The notes under the pieces are model-generated. The model made no database searches, was not told the DNA's origin, and was given only the letters and a program-made list of their open reading frames with translations. A stretch of DNA of 64,000 bases from Vicinamibacterales bacterium (lineage in GTDB: Bacteria > Acidobacteriota > Vicinamibacteria > Vicinamibacterales > JAMQPK01), in contig CAVSRX010000020.1 in the NCBI GenBank assembly GCA_963730445.1, positions 13,536 to 77,535 on the forward strand. The letters run 5' to 3'. The translations under genes and the position numbers were made by a program. Shown in pieces: positions 50,872 through 61,089 of this stretch; positions within the stretch are counted from its first letter, which is position 1; the number at the start of each line of letters is the position of its first letter.

Positions 50872-53800
50872 TTAGAAGTAGTACTTGAATCCCAGCATCA
50901 TCTGGCGCGGGCCGATTTTCGTGCCGGTAATCTGGCCGAAGGCCGTCGAGCCGAAGCTGGTGTTCGGATCGCCGAAGATCGGTTTGTTGAGCACGTTCTG
51001 GGCCTCGACTCGAATCTCAACCCGCTGTCCGGCTCGAGCCTCGATTTCCTTGCTCACGACGGCGTCGAAGATCTGGATGCCCGGCGAGCGGTAGCTGAGC
51101 GTCCGAGGGGCCGTGCCGGGAACATCCGGCGCCGGCTGCGAGAAGGCGGCGGCGTTGAAGTAGTTATTCAGCCGTTCCGTGATGGGTCCGGAGGTGCTGG
51201 GATCGCCGATCAGGTTCGGGCGCTGTGTGCCGTCCCAGATCTGGCCTCCGGACTGCGTGACGTGGAGGGGCATGCCGCTCTGGCGGGAGAACACGCCGCT
51301 GAGATTCCATCCGCCGAGGGCCAGGTCGGTCATGCGAGTCCAGTTCGAGCCCCACTTGCGGTCGCGGCCGAACGGCAGCTGCCATACGCCCGCCAGGCCA
51401 ACGCGATGAGGAATGTCATGCGCCGAGAGCGACCACTCGCTATCCAGATCCCAGATGTTCTGGATGTTGGTCGAGCCGCCGAGCCAGCTGACGTTGCCCG
51501 AGGCGTGCGAGGAGTCGTCCATCATCTTCGAAAACGTGTAATGGGCCAGCAGGCTCACGCCGCGCGAGAAGCGCTTGTCCCACTTCACCTGCATCGCATG
51601 GTACGAGGAGGTGCCACGCGGTGGCTCCGATGACGCCACGTTGGCGCCGTTGAAGTGCGGCATTGGCCGTAACAGGCGGAACCGCTGCACGGTCTGCCCG
51701 TTGAGCTGCGTCGCTTGTGGATCGGTGATGATCCCGTAGAACGGATTCGGCACCGCCGCGTTCAACGCCGTGCGCCCCAGCGACCAGTACTCTTGAGGCA
51801 GAGGCGTCAGCGTCGTCAGCGGAATGAACAAGTGCGTGCCCCGGCTGCCCGTGTAATTCGCCTCGACGACCGAGCTCCAGCCGATGTCGCGCTGCACCGA
51901 CAAGTTCCACGAGTGGTATCCGGATTGCGGTTGTTGCTGGGCAGAATCGTGCCGGCGCCCAGACCGAGGAACGTGCGGTCGCCAAGCGTGTTGTTTGGCG
52001 GCAGCAGCATGCCGTTCGGATAGGGGTTGGCGAGCGTCGCATAGCGCGTGGCGTTGGAGTCGAGCGTAAACGTGGGTGTGGCGTTCACGTTGAAACCGCC
52101 GCCGGTATGGCCGAACACGGTCGCGCGGCTCAGCGTGAAGAACAACCCGTAGCCGCCACGGACCGATGTCTTGGGATTGACGGAGTACGCGAAACCGATA
52201 CGTGGCTGCACGTTGTTCATGTCCGCGTCGAACGGCGATCGCCGGTCATCGTCCACGAACCTGATGACGCCGCGAGTGTCGTAGCCAGGCACTTGTATCG
52301 GCGACTGCGCTTCGAGATCCCAATAGCTCATGCGATTCTGCGTTTCCCAGCGCGGCACGTCGAAGTCGTAACGCAGACCGAGATTCAACGTGAGCTTTTG
52401 CGAGACCCTCCAATCGTCGTGGACGAAGAACCCCCAATAGGCCGATCGGGTGAAGACCTTCGGGTCGATATGAAAATCGCCGCCGGTGGGCCAGCCGAGG
52501 AGCATCGCGGCCACGCCGTTGCCCTCGTTGCCCGGACACGAGAACCGATCCTTGCAGGTGACACCCCTGCCGAAGTTAAATCCCCCTGACGGATAGCCCG
52601 GCTGAGCGTAGTCGAGGAAGTTGAAGCGGAACTCCGAGCCCGCCTTGATGTTGTGGCCCCCCATCATCTTTGTGTAAGACCCCGAGAAGTGGTGCACACC
52701 CTCCTGGCGATCCATCTTGAGCCACCCTTCGGTGCCGATGGGGCTGTACCCATCAGGTGCAAACCTCGGGAAGACCTCGTAGTCGGCCTGATCCCTCATG
52801 TACTGCGGGAGGCCGAGCCCGATGAGGTTGTAATTCTCGATGGGGTCCCGTGTGAAACCCGAGTAGGTGAGGCCGTAACGCACGTTCCATATCGAGGACG
52901 AACTCTGCGTCTTTGTGAACTCGCTCACGAAGGAATGCGTGTTCGTAACGGTCGGGCCGTTGTTGAGCGGGAACGCGGCACCGAGTTCGCCGAAGATGTT
53001 AGGCGGCGTCCCGGTGCTGGGAGCATGACTGTAGCGGGCGGTCAGGCGGCTCTGGGTCGTGAAGTTGTGATCGATCTTCAAGTTCATCTGGCGGCTGACA
53101 GACTCGTTAAGCCCCTGCCCGAACCAGTTGTTGGTGTCGGTGATCGACGTGCTCGGTGTGTTCGGCAGCGGGAAGTACGACAGCGCCTTGAGCGCGATCG
53201 GATCCATCATGCTGGTGGGAATGCGGTTTCCCGGAAACGGCCGGCGCTCGATATTCCCCGCCGCGTTGACGAAGGTGTCGAACGGGTTGTAGATCGTCAT
53301 CACCTGCCCGGCCGCGTTCCTCGTTTCCGAGAAGTCTCCTTGTCTTTGCAGCAACGTCGGAACCGTCCGGGTAGAGCTGAGCGGGTTCTTCTGCTGCGTG
53401 TACTCGTAGGTCACGAAGAAGAACGTCTTGTTCCTGATCAACGGGCCGCCGACCACGCCGCCGACTTGATCGCGGCGATAGTACTGCTTCTCCCGCCCGG
53501 CTCTCGCCGTAAACCAATCGTTGGAATTGAGAGCGGAATTGCGCAGGAAGTAGTACCCGGTGCCGTCGAAATTATTCGTGCCCGACTTCATGATCATGTT
53601 TACGACGGCGCCACCCGTCTGACCGAACTCTGCGGAGAAGAAGTTCGTCTGGACTTTGAACTCTTGCACCGCGTCCACGGCAGGCGAGTACTTCAGATCG
53701 GTGACGCCGGAGTTCTGTTCAACCGTGACCACCGTCACGCCGTCGAGCAGCACGTCCGAGGTCGAGTTACGCGAGCCGTTGGCGACGAAGTTGGTGTTGT

Positions 53801-54332
53801 TGTCACCCGCTCGTCCGCCAGAGCCGACGACTCCGGGCGTGAGATACGTGAACGACATCGGGTTTCGCCCGATGTTGGGCAGGGAGACGATGGTTTCGTT
53901 GTCGATGACCTGGCCGAGATTGGCGATGGTCGTGTTCACCATCGCAGTCGCGGCGCTGACCTCCACGGTCTCGCTCATCTGACCCAGCTCGAGGATGGCA
54001 TCAACGGTGGCCTGCTGCTGGACCGTGAGCGTGATACGGCCGCTCGAGAATTTCTTGAAGCCGTTGGACTCGACAGTCAACACGTATTGACCGGGCTGGA
54101 GTGCGGTGATGGTGAATCGCCCCTCCTCGTCGGCGAGCGTCGTCTGGCTCGTGCCACGCTCAGCATCTGTGATGGTCACAGATGCGAGAGGGACCACGCC
54201 GCCAGTGGAGTCCTTCGCCGTGCCGCGGACACTCGCGGTGAAAGACTGTCCAAAGACAAGGCTGCAGGAGAGGAGTACGAGAGTGAGGCTGTGAAGCAGA
54301 GTAAGGGATGTGCGCCGTGCGCTGTATGACAT
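50872..54332 (-). CDS. TonB-dependent-receptor-like outer-membrane protein with CarboxypepD_reg N-domain, one apparent frameshift
   Basis: The N-terminal 838 aa (ORF 51816..54332) include SVRGTAKDSTGGVVPLASVTITDAERGTSQTTLADEEGRFTITALQPGQYVLTVE. The C-terminal 343 aa (ORF 50872..51903) end in MLGFKYYF*. Shift at ~51880. Confidence 0.85.
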
Positions 54333-54518
54333 GGCTCCCCTCCGTCGGCAAGGCAGGGGCAGGTTGGTGCTCTTGCCTACCGGAAAGTAAGTAGAGGACT
54401 GAGATAGACCTTGCAGTTTTTGTATTGCAGTATGGCACCGCGAGTCAAATGAAAACGGTTACATTCGCTCGAATTCAGAGCAAGCGCGATGGAGTTGTAT
54501 TGCTTCAAGTCACTTCTG

Positions 54519-57157
54519 CTATTCCTGCCGCAGCGCCATCATCGGATCGATGCGCGCGGCGCGGCGCGCGGGGATAACACATGCCAGTGCGGCGACCCCA
54601 ATGAGAATCACCGAGACGACGGCGACAGTCGTGATGTAGTCGGGACGGAAGCCATAGAGCAGCGTGCTCATCAAGCGAGACGCGATCGACGCCAGGGCGA
54701 TACCAATGGCGAGTCCGGCGAGCGTCACACTCAAGCCTTGCCGGCCAAAAGAGAGCACGATGTCGCGCGAGGTCGCACCCAACGCCATGCGCACGCCGAT
54801 CTCGTTGGTGCGCTGTGCGACGGCGTAGGAGAGCACCCCGTAGATGCCCAGCGCCGCGAGCAGCAGCGCGAGCAGCGCGAACGCGCTCAACAGCGCCGTG
54901 CTTTGTGAAGGCGTTGACAGCTGGCGGTCGACAATCTCTTCCATCGTCCGGATGCGCGCAAGCGGCTGATTCTTATCCACCGACCAGATGGCCTGATGGA
55001 CCGCCGAAACGATCGACGATGGCTCGACGGCCGTTCGAACCACGAGGCCGAGGTTGAGGCTGCCGATTTGATCCGTATGTTCGTGCAGCCGGTAAACGGC
55101 GGGCTTCAGCTCCGCCAACACACCGGCCTCGCGGATCGGCTTGACGATGCCAACAATGGTGTACCAGTAGCCCTTCTCCCCTGTATTTCCAAACTTAAAC
55201 CTTCGGCCGAGAGGAGATTGACCTTGAAAGTGGCCAGCGGCAAATAACTCGTTGACGATGGCCAAGGGCAGCTTGGACGCCTGATCGGCCGCGTTGAAGA
55301 ATCTGCCTTCGCGCATCGTCGCGCCGACTGTCGCCAAGTAGTCGCGGCTGACGTCGCGTACGAGCGCGACCTGGTGCGGAATCCTGTCCCTTGGCTGTCC
55401 CTCGAGCCAATAGGACGTCGCGTCGGCAACGTTCGTAAATGGAATTCGATTGATCGCGCCGGCGTTGATCACCCCTGGAACCGCGCGCACGGCCTCCAAC
55501 TCGGCGTTGATGAATGCCACCCGCTGATTGAAATCCTTGTATCGGAAGAGCGGAGTCTGGAACGTCAAAAGCCGTTCGCTCTTGAACCCGACATCTGTGT
55601 TCCGTAAGTGCTGAAAGCTCTGCAAGAGCAGGCCGCAGCATGTCAGCAGCGCAACGGCGAGCGCCGTTTCGACAACAATGAGCGAATGCTGGAACCAGTG
55701 TCCGCGCGCACCAGTCGTGCCGCGTCCACCCTCGCGCAGTGCCTCCTGGGGAGCGACGTATGATCTCCGAAGCGCCGGCGCCAATCCGAAAATCAACGTC
55801 GCTCCGAGCGCAGCGGCCGCAGAAAATGCCAGCACGCGCCAATCGATCGTGAGTCGCGCGGCGCCCATCGCCTCGGGCACGAGCCGTTCGAGGAATCGCA
55901 TCGCTGGAAATGCGAGAACGAGCCCGGCAAGCGTGCCGAGCGTCGCGAGCACCAGGCTTTCGGTCAAGAAATTGCGCGACCAGCCTGCCGCGACGCCGCG
56001 CCGAGTGCCGTGCGCACGGCGACTTCGCGGCCGCGTGTTGTGCCCCGCGAAAGCAGCAGATTCGTCAGATTGACGCACGCGATCAGCAGAAGCGCCGCCG
56101 ACGCGCTGAGCAGCAGGATCAACGCGGTTCGAGTGCTGCCAGCGATCTCCTCCCTCAAAGGCGTGACGATGACCGAATGGGGACCGCGAGAATCCTTCGC
56201 TGTGAGCTGCAAACTCAAGGTTTCCATGGACTGCCGTGCGTGCTCCACGGTGACGCCAGACTTGAGTCGCGCGACGATTTGAGAGTTGTGCCATGCGGTG
56301 CTCACGCGCATCCACGGTGGGTACGACGTCGGCATCCACAGGTCGATCTCGCGCGAAGGCATGAAGTAGAAGTTCCGCGGCATGACGCCGATCACCTGGT
56401 AGGGCTCATCGTTCAGCGAAATGACACGTCCGATGATGTCGGGCGCCCCGCCGAAGCGGCGTTGCCACAGTCCGTGACTGATGACGACGACGCGCACGCT
56501 CTTGTTGTCCTCGTCCTCGGTGAAGACACGCCCGAGCAGTGGCTGCACCCCAAGGACACTCCAGAACGTCCACGTGACCTTCCGTCCAGGAATTTGTTCT
56601 GGTTCGGCGTCGTCTGAGATCGTCGCATCGGACGGCTGAGTCGCCGCGAGATCGGTGAACACAGTATTGAGACGGCGCCACTCAATCCATTCCCAGGGTG
56701 TGGAATTGTGCTTCGTCGTGATGTCGGTCTCGGCCATCGCATCCCAGATCATCACAAGACGGTCCGCATCGTTGTAGGGCAAGGGGCGGATGAGCACCGC
56801 GTCGAAGGCGCTGAACATCGCCGTCATCCCGCCGATGCCGAGCGCGAGCGTTGCGATGGCGATCGCCGAGAACGACGGATTGCGTCGAACCTGCCGCAAT
56901 CCGTAGCGGACGTCCCGCCCGGCGACGTCCAACCACGCCCCATGGCGGGCGCTTCGAACGCGTTCCTTGACCTGTTCCAGGCCTTCGAGTTGGAGTGCGG
57001 CTCGCCGGCGCGCCTCGGCACGCGTCGCGCCGTCGCGAATCTGGTCGGCCGCAGCCATGTCGACGAAGACTTCCAACTCGTCGTTCAGGTCGCGCTCGGC
57101 CTGGTTCCGCCGGAACATCCACCGCACGATCGACGCGAAGCGATGCAGGAGCATCAT
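54519..57157 (-). CDS. ADOP-family ABC permease (duplicated FtsX/MacB-like), apparent frameshifts
   Basis: MMLLHRFASIVRWMFRRNQAERDLNDELEVFVDM...VRYGLRQVRRNPSFSAIAIATLALGIG. Second FtsX half ...NEIGVRMALGATSRDIV...IPARRAARIDPMMALRQE*. The halves are joined at ~55975-56005. ATGA overlap with padR. Confidence 0.85.
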
Positions 57158-57480
57158 GCGCCCTCCAACACACTGGCGACGGCGAATGAGACCCGGTTCC
57201 ACCGCGCCCGATGCTGTTCGAGGTGGCGGCGGCCGGAGGCCGTCAGACGGTAGTACTTGGCGCGGCGATTGTTCTCGGTGGCCCGCCATTCCGCCTTCAG
57301 CTGACCGTCTTGCTCCAGACGGTACAGCGACGGGAACAGAGACCCGGGATTGACGTGGAACTGACCGCGACTGAGTATCGCGAGTCGCTGCGAGATGCCG
57401 TAGCCGTGCATCGCCTCGCGGGTGAGAATCGTGAGAATCATCAAGTCGAGCGTGCCCTGGGGAATGTCGAGCTTCTCCAC
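57154..57480 (-). CDS. PadR-family transcriptional regulator
   Basis: GTLDLMILTILTREAMHGYGISQRLAILSRGQFHVNPGSLFPSLYRLEQDGQLKAEWRATENNRRAKYYRLTASG. Confidence 0.9.
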   Translation of the reverse strand: MEKLDIPQGTLDLMILTILTREAMHGYGISQRLAILSRGQFHVNPGSLFPSLYRLEQDGQLKAEWRATENNRRAKYYRLTASGRRHLEQHRARWNRVSFAVASVLEGA

Positions 57481-57560
57481 GTCGCTCCTTTAGGGAATCC
57501 AGATGAAGGGCGGATGGTGGCACGGCTCCTTTAGGGTGTCAAGAGGAAGTGGCTTCGCCA

Positions 57561-57588
57561 GGGATTAGGGACTGGGGATTAGGGATTA
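57561..57588. repeat. GGGATTA heptamer array (4 units)
   Basis: gggatta gggactg gggatta gggatta. Same unit and orientation as the array at 48878-48913. Confidence 0.8.
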
Positions 57589-57600
57589 GTTCCGCACGTA

Positions 57601-57748
57601 GGCCGGGTCTTGCTCTTTAGACCCGGCAGGCAGGGCTAAAGCCCTGCGCTACTGAAGAGGGGCGCTTCACAGACCACGGTCCGGCTGAAGCCGGACGCTA
57701 CCGAAATTGCAGCACGTTAGACGCCGGGTCTAGAGAGCAAGACTCGGC
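57601..57748. repeat. composite REP-like element: two inverted 24-nt repeats enclosing two small hairpins
   Basis: CCGGGTCTTGCTCTTTAGACCCGG (57603-57626) matches the reverse complement of CCGGGTCTAGAGAGCAAGACTCGG (57724-57747). Inside are GGCAGGGCTAAAGCCCTGC and GTCCGGCTGAAGCCGGAC. Confidence 0.7.
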
Positions 57749-57787
57749 GTGCGTGAAGCGAAGCTGGCACATCGAGAGTGTGAAGGA

Positions 57788-57878
57788 TGGCGGAGAGGGA
57801 GGGATTCGAACCCCCGTGCCCCTTACGGGGCAAGACGCTTTCGAGGCGCCCCCGTTACGACCACTTCGGTACCTCTCC
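57788..57878 (-). tRNA. tRNA-Ser (anticodon CGA)
   Basis: - strand: GGAGAGG-TA-CCGAAGTGGTCGTAACGG-...GGCGC-CTCGAAA-GCGTC-long variable arm TTGCCCCGTAAGGGGCA-CGGGGGTTCGAATCCCTCC-CTCTCCGCCA. The acceptor stem pairs fully and CCA is encoded. Confidence 0.9.
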
Positions 57879-57950
57879 GCAGAGGGAAATCAGTGGCGCA
57901 GAACTTTCTATTTTACCTGATCCTGCCGCGCGACTGAAGTTGCGCCGATT

Positions 57951-57968
57951 ACGGTCCGGCTAAAGCCG
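57951..57968. repeat. REP-like hairpin ACGGTCCGGCTAAAGCCG
   Basis: Near-copy of ACGGTCCGGCTGAAGCCGGAC at 57677-57697. Confidence 0.55.
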
Positions 57969-57992
57969 CGGCGAGTTACTCTTATCGCCGAG

Positions 57993-58391
57993 ATGCGCAC
58001 TCTTCGCGTGCTGGAAGCGGCGCTGCAACTCACCCGGGCGTCGCTCGACCTCCGACTGCGGCCCAACAGACGCACGGTCGCGCTGCTTGGCTCCGTCCAA
58101 GTGCAGCGTCAACCGGACACACCCGTGAGCGCGTTGAAGCTGCTCGAGGCGCAGCAGGTCGGCGGCACGGTTACGCGCGTCGCGCGTTTGTTGCCGTGGC
58201 GCCCCACCTGTCTCCGTCAGGCGCTGGCGGTGCAGCGCATGCTGCGCCGGCGGAACATCCCGTGCCGGCTCCGGCTCGGAGTGACGCATCCGTCCATCGG
58301 TACAGCGCATGCGTGGGTCACCGTCGGCGATCATCCGGTCGTTGGGCGATCTGGTATCGAGCGTGTGACCCCTCTCGCGTCGTTCGATTAG
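57993..58391 (+). CDS. lasso-peptide biosynthesis B2-like protein (transglutaminase-core / McjB C-terminal-like cysteine protease)
   Basis: 132 aa. PWRPTCLRQALAVQRMLRRRNIPCRLRLGV...GTAHAWVTVGDHPVVG matches the Cys...His pattern of the PF13471-type family. Confidence 0.65.
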   Translation: MRTLRVLEAALQLTRASLDLRLRPNRRTVALLGSVQVQRQPDTPVSALKLLEAQQVGGTVTRVARLLPWRPTCLRQALAVQRMLRRRNIPCRLRLGVTHPSIGTAHAWVTVGDHPVVGRSGIERVTPLASFD

Positions 58392-58394
58392 CGG

Positions 58395-58865
58395 CTATTT
58401 CGCTGCGCAGGTCGTCGACACCATGTTGAGCGTTTCAACCTGGAGGTCGCGCATCTCGATGGTGGCCTTCTCTTTCGTTTCCACCTTCGGATCCGGCTTG
58501 TTCGGCACTTCGACCCGCTTGGTGCTCGACGAGTCGGTCGACACAGCCTTCTGAACATCGCCCGATGTTCGTCCGATGATTTCCACGCGATGGCCGACGT
58601 GCGCGCCGAGATTCGTGCCGCCGCTCAGTACGTATGTGACATTCGGGATAACGCCGGAGGTCGCAACAGCAACGCCTTTCGCCATCGGATCGGCCGTCGC
58701 AGCGAGCACGAACTGATTCGCCTGCGCGCCCTTCTGCAGGCACCCCACAACCGTGATGGGCTTTCGATCGTCGTCTTTTTTCGGCGTGGTCGTGGCGCCC
58801 TGCTGAGCTGTCGCAGTAGCGGAAACAGACAACACCACGAGGGCAAGACCAGAGATGAAACGCAT
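58395..58865 (-). CDS. hypothetical secreted protein
   Basis: 156 aa with signal peptide MRFISGLALVVLSVSATATAQQ and two Cys residues (VGCLQ, TTCAAK). No family recognised. Confidence 0.55.
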   Translation of the reverse strand: MRFISGLALVVLSVSATATAQQGATTTPKKDDDRKPITVVGCLQKGAQANQFVLAATADPMAKGVAVATSGVIPNVTYVLSGGTNLGAHVGHRVEIIGRTSGDVQKAVSTDSSSTKRVEVPNKPDPKVETKEKATIEMRDLQVETLNMVSTTCAAK

Positions 58866-58908
58866 ATTGGCTCCTTTCGCTGTAGTTTCAGCAAGAACAC
58901 TGCCGAAA

Positions 58909-59946
58909 TCAGGGAACCATCCATTTGACGAACCAGTCGGCCATCACCAATTCGGCGACCGGCGTGACGACGTGGCCCGCGGCCGGTTGGAGATAAAGGC
59001 CGAGCTTCTCATCGGCGTTCATCCTTATATAGGTGCGGCGCGCAGCATTGACCGCCTCCTGCACGCCGGTCAGCGGCGTGCGCGCGTCCGAGTCGCCGTT
59101 GATGACGAGCACCGGCCGGGGCGCGATGAGCGCGAGCATCGATCCCGCGTCGTAGTCGCCGTAGATGCCAGGCGCGACGCGATCGTAGAAGCGGCGCACG
59201 AATGCCGCATCGACCTCAACACCTGCGTCACGCGCGGCCCCCTCGACCGGCGGAGAAAATGTGCCGACGCGCGCCTGCCACTGATTGTTGTCGAGCGCCC
59301 ACTTGAATCCCTGCACGCCGATGATCGGCACGGCGGCGGTGATACGCGGATCGACCGCGGCCGCGAGATACGCTTCGGTGCCCCCCTTCGAAATACCCAT
59401 GACGCCGATGCGCTTCGGATCGACGTCCGCGCGCGTCTGGAGATAGTCGACGAGCCGCATCACGTCCCACACCGTGTCGTACAGATACGGGCGCCCCTTG
59501 CCGGTACGGTAGGTCTCGAGCATCGCCGCGAAATACTGCGCGTTGCCAGATCCGTACTTCGCCGCGATGCGCGCGCCATGATGCCGCGCGTCGATGGCCG
59601 CCGTCGCAAACCCGCGATCGGCGAACGTCCGCATGAGCGCAAGAAATTCCTCTTTCTTGCTGCCAGTGCCGTGCAGAAAAATCACAACCGGCCTGCGATC
59701 TTTCGCCGCCGCGGCTTTGAAGAACACGCCGGGGACCCGCTCGCCCGCCTCCGTGGCGTAGCTGAACGCCTCTGATCGATACGCACCCGCATCGATCCGC
59801 GGTTGCGTCTCCGGCGCGAGCGGAACACGCGGCCGCGCGATCATCTGGAGGAAGGCGGCGCGAATGCGCGCGGCATCGGGCGCCTGCGCAGACGTGATGA
59901 CGAATGATGCGGCGACAAGCGCAGCGGCGACGAGCGGCCGTGCCAT
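58909..59946 (-). CDS. secreted alpha/beta hydrolase (dienelactone hydrolase / S9-like)
   Basis: MARPLVAAALVAASFVITSAQA...VVIFLHGTGSKKEEF...nucleophile elbow GVMGISKGG...INGDSDARTP. The start shares 1 nt with the tadA stop (TAATG). Confidence 0.75.
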   Translation of the reverse strand: MARPLVAAALVAASFVITSAQAPDAARIRAAFLQMIARPRVPLAPETQPRIDAGAYRSEAFSYATEAGERVPGVFFKAAAAKDRRPVVIFLHGTGSKKEEFLALMRTFADRGFATAAIDARHHGARIAAKYGSGNAQYFAAMLETYRTGKGRPYLYDTVWDVMRLVDYLQTRADVDPKRIGVMGISKGGTEAYLAAAVDPRITAAVPIIGVQGFKWALDNNQWQARVGTFSPPVEGAARDAGVEVDAAFVRRFYDRVAPGIYGDYDAGSMLALIAPRPVLVINGDSDARTPLTGVQEAVNAARRTYIRMNADEKLGLYLQPAAGHVVTPVAELVMADWFVKWMVP

Positions 59947-60413
59947 TATTCGTTCTTCCTTTTTCGTTTCTCGTTGAAAAAATTCTGCATCAGCCCCCGG
60001 CACTCATCCGCCATCACACCGGCCACAACTGTAATGCGATGATTCCAGCTCGGATCGTCGACGAGCTTCAGCGTCGAGAGCACCGCTCCAGTTTTCGGCT
60101 CGGGCGCACCGTAGATTAACGTGCCGATGCGCGCGTGCACCATGGCGCCGACGCACATCGCACACGGCTCGACCGTCACGCACAGCGTCGAGCCCGTCAG
60201 CCGGTAGTTGCCGATCGCCTGGGCCGCGGCACGTATGGCGCGAATCTCGGCGTGCGCCGTGGGATCGACTGTCGAAATCGGCTGATTGAACGCGGCTGAC
60301 ACGATCTCGCCACCGATCGCGACGACCGCCCCGATCGGCACTTCGTCGCTGGCCATCGCCTTACGGGCTTCGACGAGCGCCGCGCGCATCAAATCTTCGT
60401 CGGAAATCGACAA
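59946..60413 (-). CDS. tadA: tRNA adenosine(34) deaminase
   Basis: EVPIGAVVAIGGEIVSAAFN...DPTAHAEIRAIR...LCVTVEPCAMCVGAM (HAE and PCxxC motifs). The K/R/E-rich tail is encoded by a GAAGAAC-type arm. Confidence 0.9.
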   Translation of the reverse strand: MSISDEDLMRAALVEARKAMASDEVPIGAVVAIGGEIVSAAFNQPISTVDPTAHAEIRAIRAAAQAIGNYRLTGSTLCVTVEPCAMCVGAMVHARIGTLIYGAPEPKTGAVLSTLKLVDDPSWNHRITVVAGVMADECRGLMQNFFNEKRKRKNE

Positions 60414-60495
60414 GTCAAACGGAGGTTACCATGGGTGCCTGCAACGTGGGCCTGCCGGCTTAGGTATGGAAAAGCAGACAGGGTTACTATGAATC

Positions 60496-61089
60496 ATGCA
60501 ACGTTTCGCATCCGTCCTCCTGCTGGCCGCGCTCGTCATGAGCTGGCCGTCGGCACAGTCCAAATCGACGCGCGCGGTGGGGCCTGTCACCGCCGCGGTG
60601 CGGATCGATCTCTTCAGCGACTTCGAATGCCCGGCGTGCAAGGCGCTGCACGAGCAGACGATCACGCGCGTGAAGGAGGAGTTCGCGCTGAAGGGAAAAC
60701 TGAGGCTGGTGCACCACGACTTTCCGCTGCCGCAGCACAAGCACGCGAGGCAGGCGGCCATTCTCGCGGCGGCGGCCGATCGGCTGGGTAAGTACGACGA
60801 GGTGGCCGATGCCCTCTTCCGCCAGCAGGAGTCGTGGAGCAAATCCGGCGGCGTCGACGCCGTGGTCGACAGTGTGCTGACACCCGAAGAGCGGAAGAAG
60901 CTGCGTGAGATTGCCAAGGACCCGGCGATTCTCGCCGCCATCGAGCGCGACGTTCAGCTCGGGACGCGCATGAAGGTGAGCCAGACGCCCACGATGATCG
61001 TGACGCACGATGGAAAACCCAATCCTGTCGTCGGCGTGGTGAGCTACAGCGTGTTCAGCAAGTACTTGAATACGATTGTCGGGCAGTGA
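60496..61089 (+). CDS. DsbA-family thiol:disulfide oxidoreductase
   Basis: Signal peptide, active site FECPACK, and C-terminal VSQTPTMIV. Confidence 0.8.
   Translation: MQRFASVLLLAALVMSWPSAQSKSTRAVGPVTAAVRIDLFSDFECPACKALHEQTITRVKEEFALKGKLRLVHHDFPLPQHKHARQAAILAAAADRLGKYDEVADALFRQQESWSKSGGVDAVVDSVLTPEERKKLREIAKDPAILAAIERDVQLGTRMKVSQTPTMIVTHDGKPNPVVGVVSYSVFSKYLNTIVGQ

Noticed and set aside
52653-54329. 558-aa ORF on the + strand
   Set aside because: It is antisense to the TonB-dependent-like gene, with shadow-frame composition.
57749-57937. 62-aa ORF on the + strand
   Set aside because: It lies antisense across the tRNA-Ser gene and is spurious.
57540-57990. Genomic-island integration site at tRNA-Ser
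   Set aside because: There is no integrase, excisionase or transposase, and no direct repeat of the tRNA 3' end nearby. Only REP-like hairpins are present.
57480-58900. Complete lasso-peptide biosynthetic cluster
   Set aside because: Only the B2-like gene is present. I could not find a cyclase, a PqqD-like RRE, an ABC exporter or a credible precursor ORF in the flanks.
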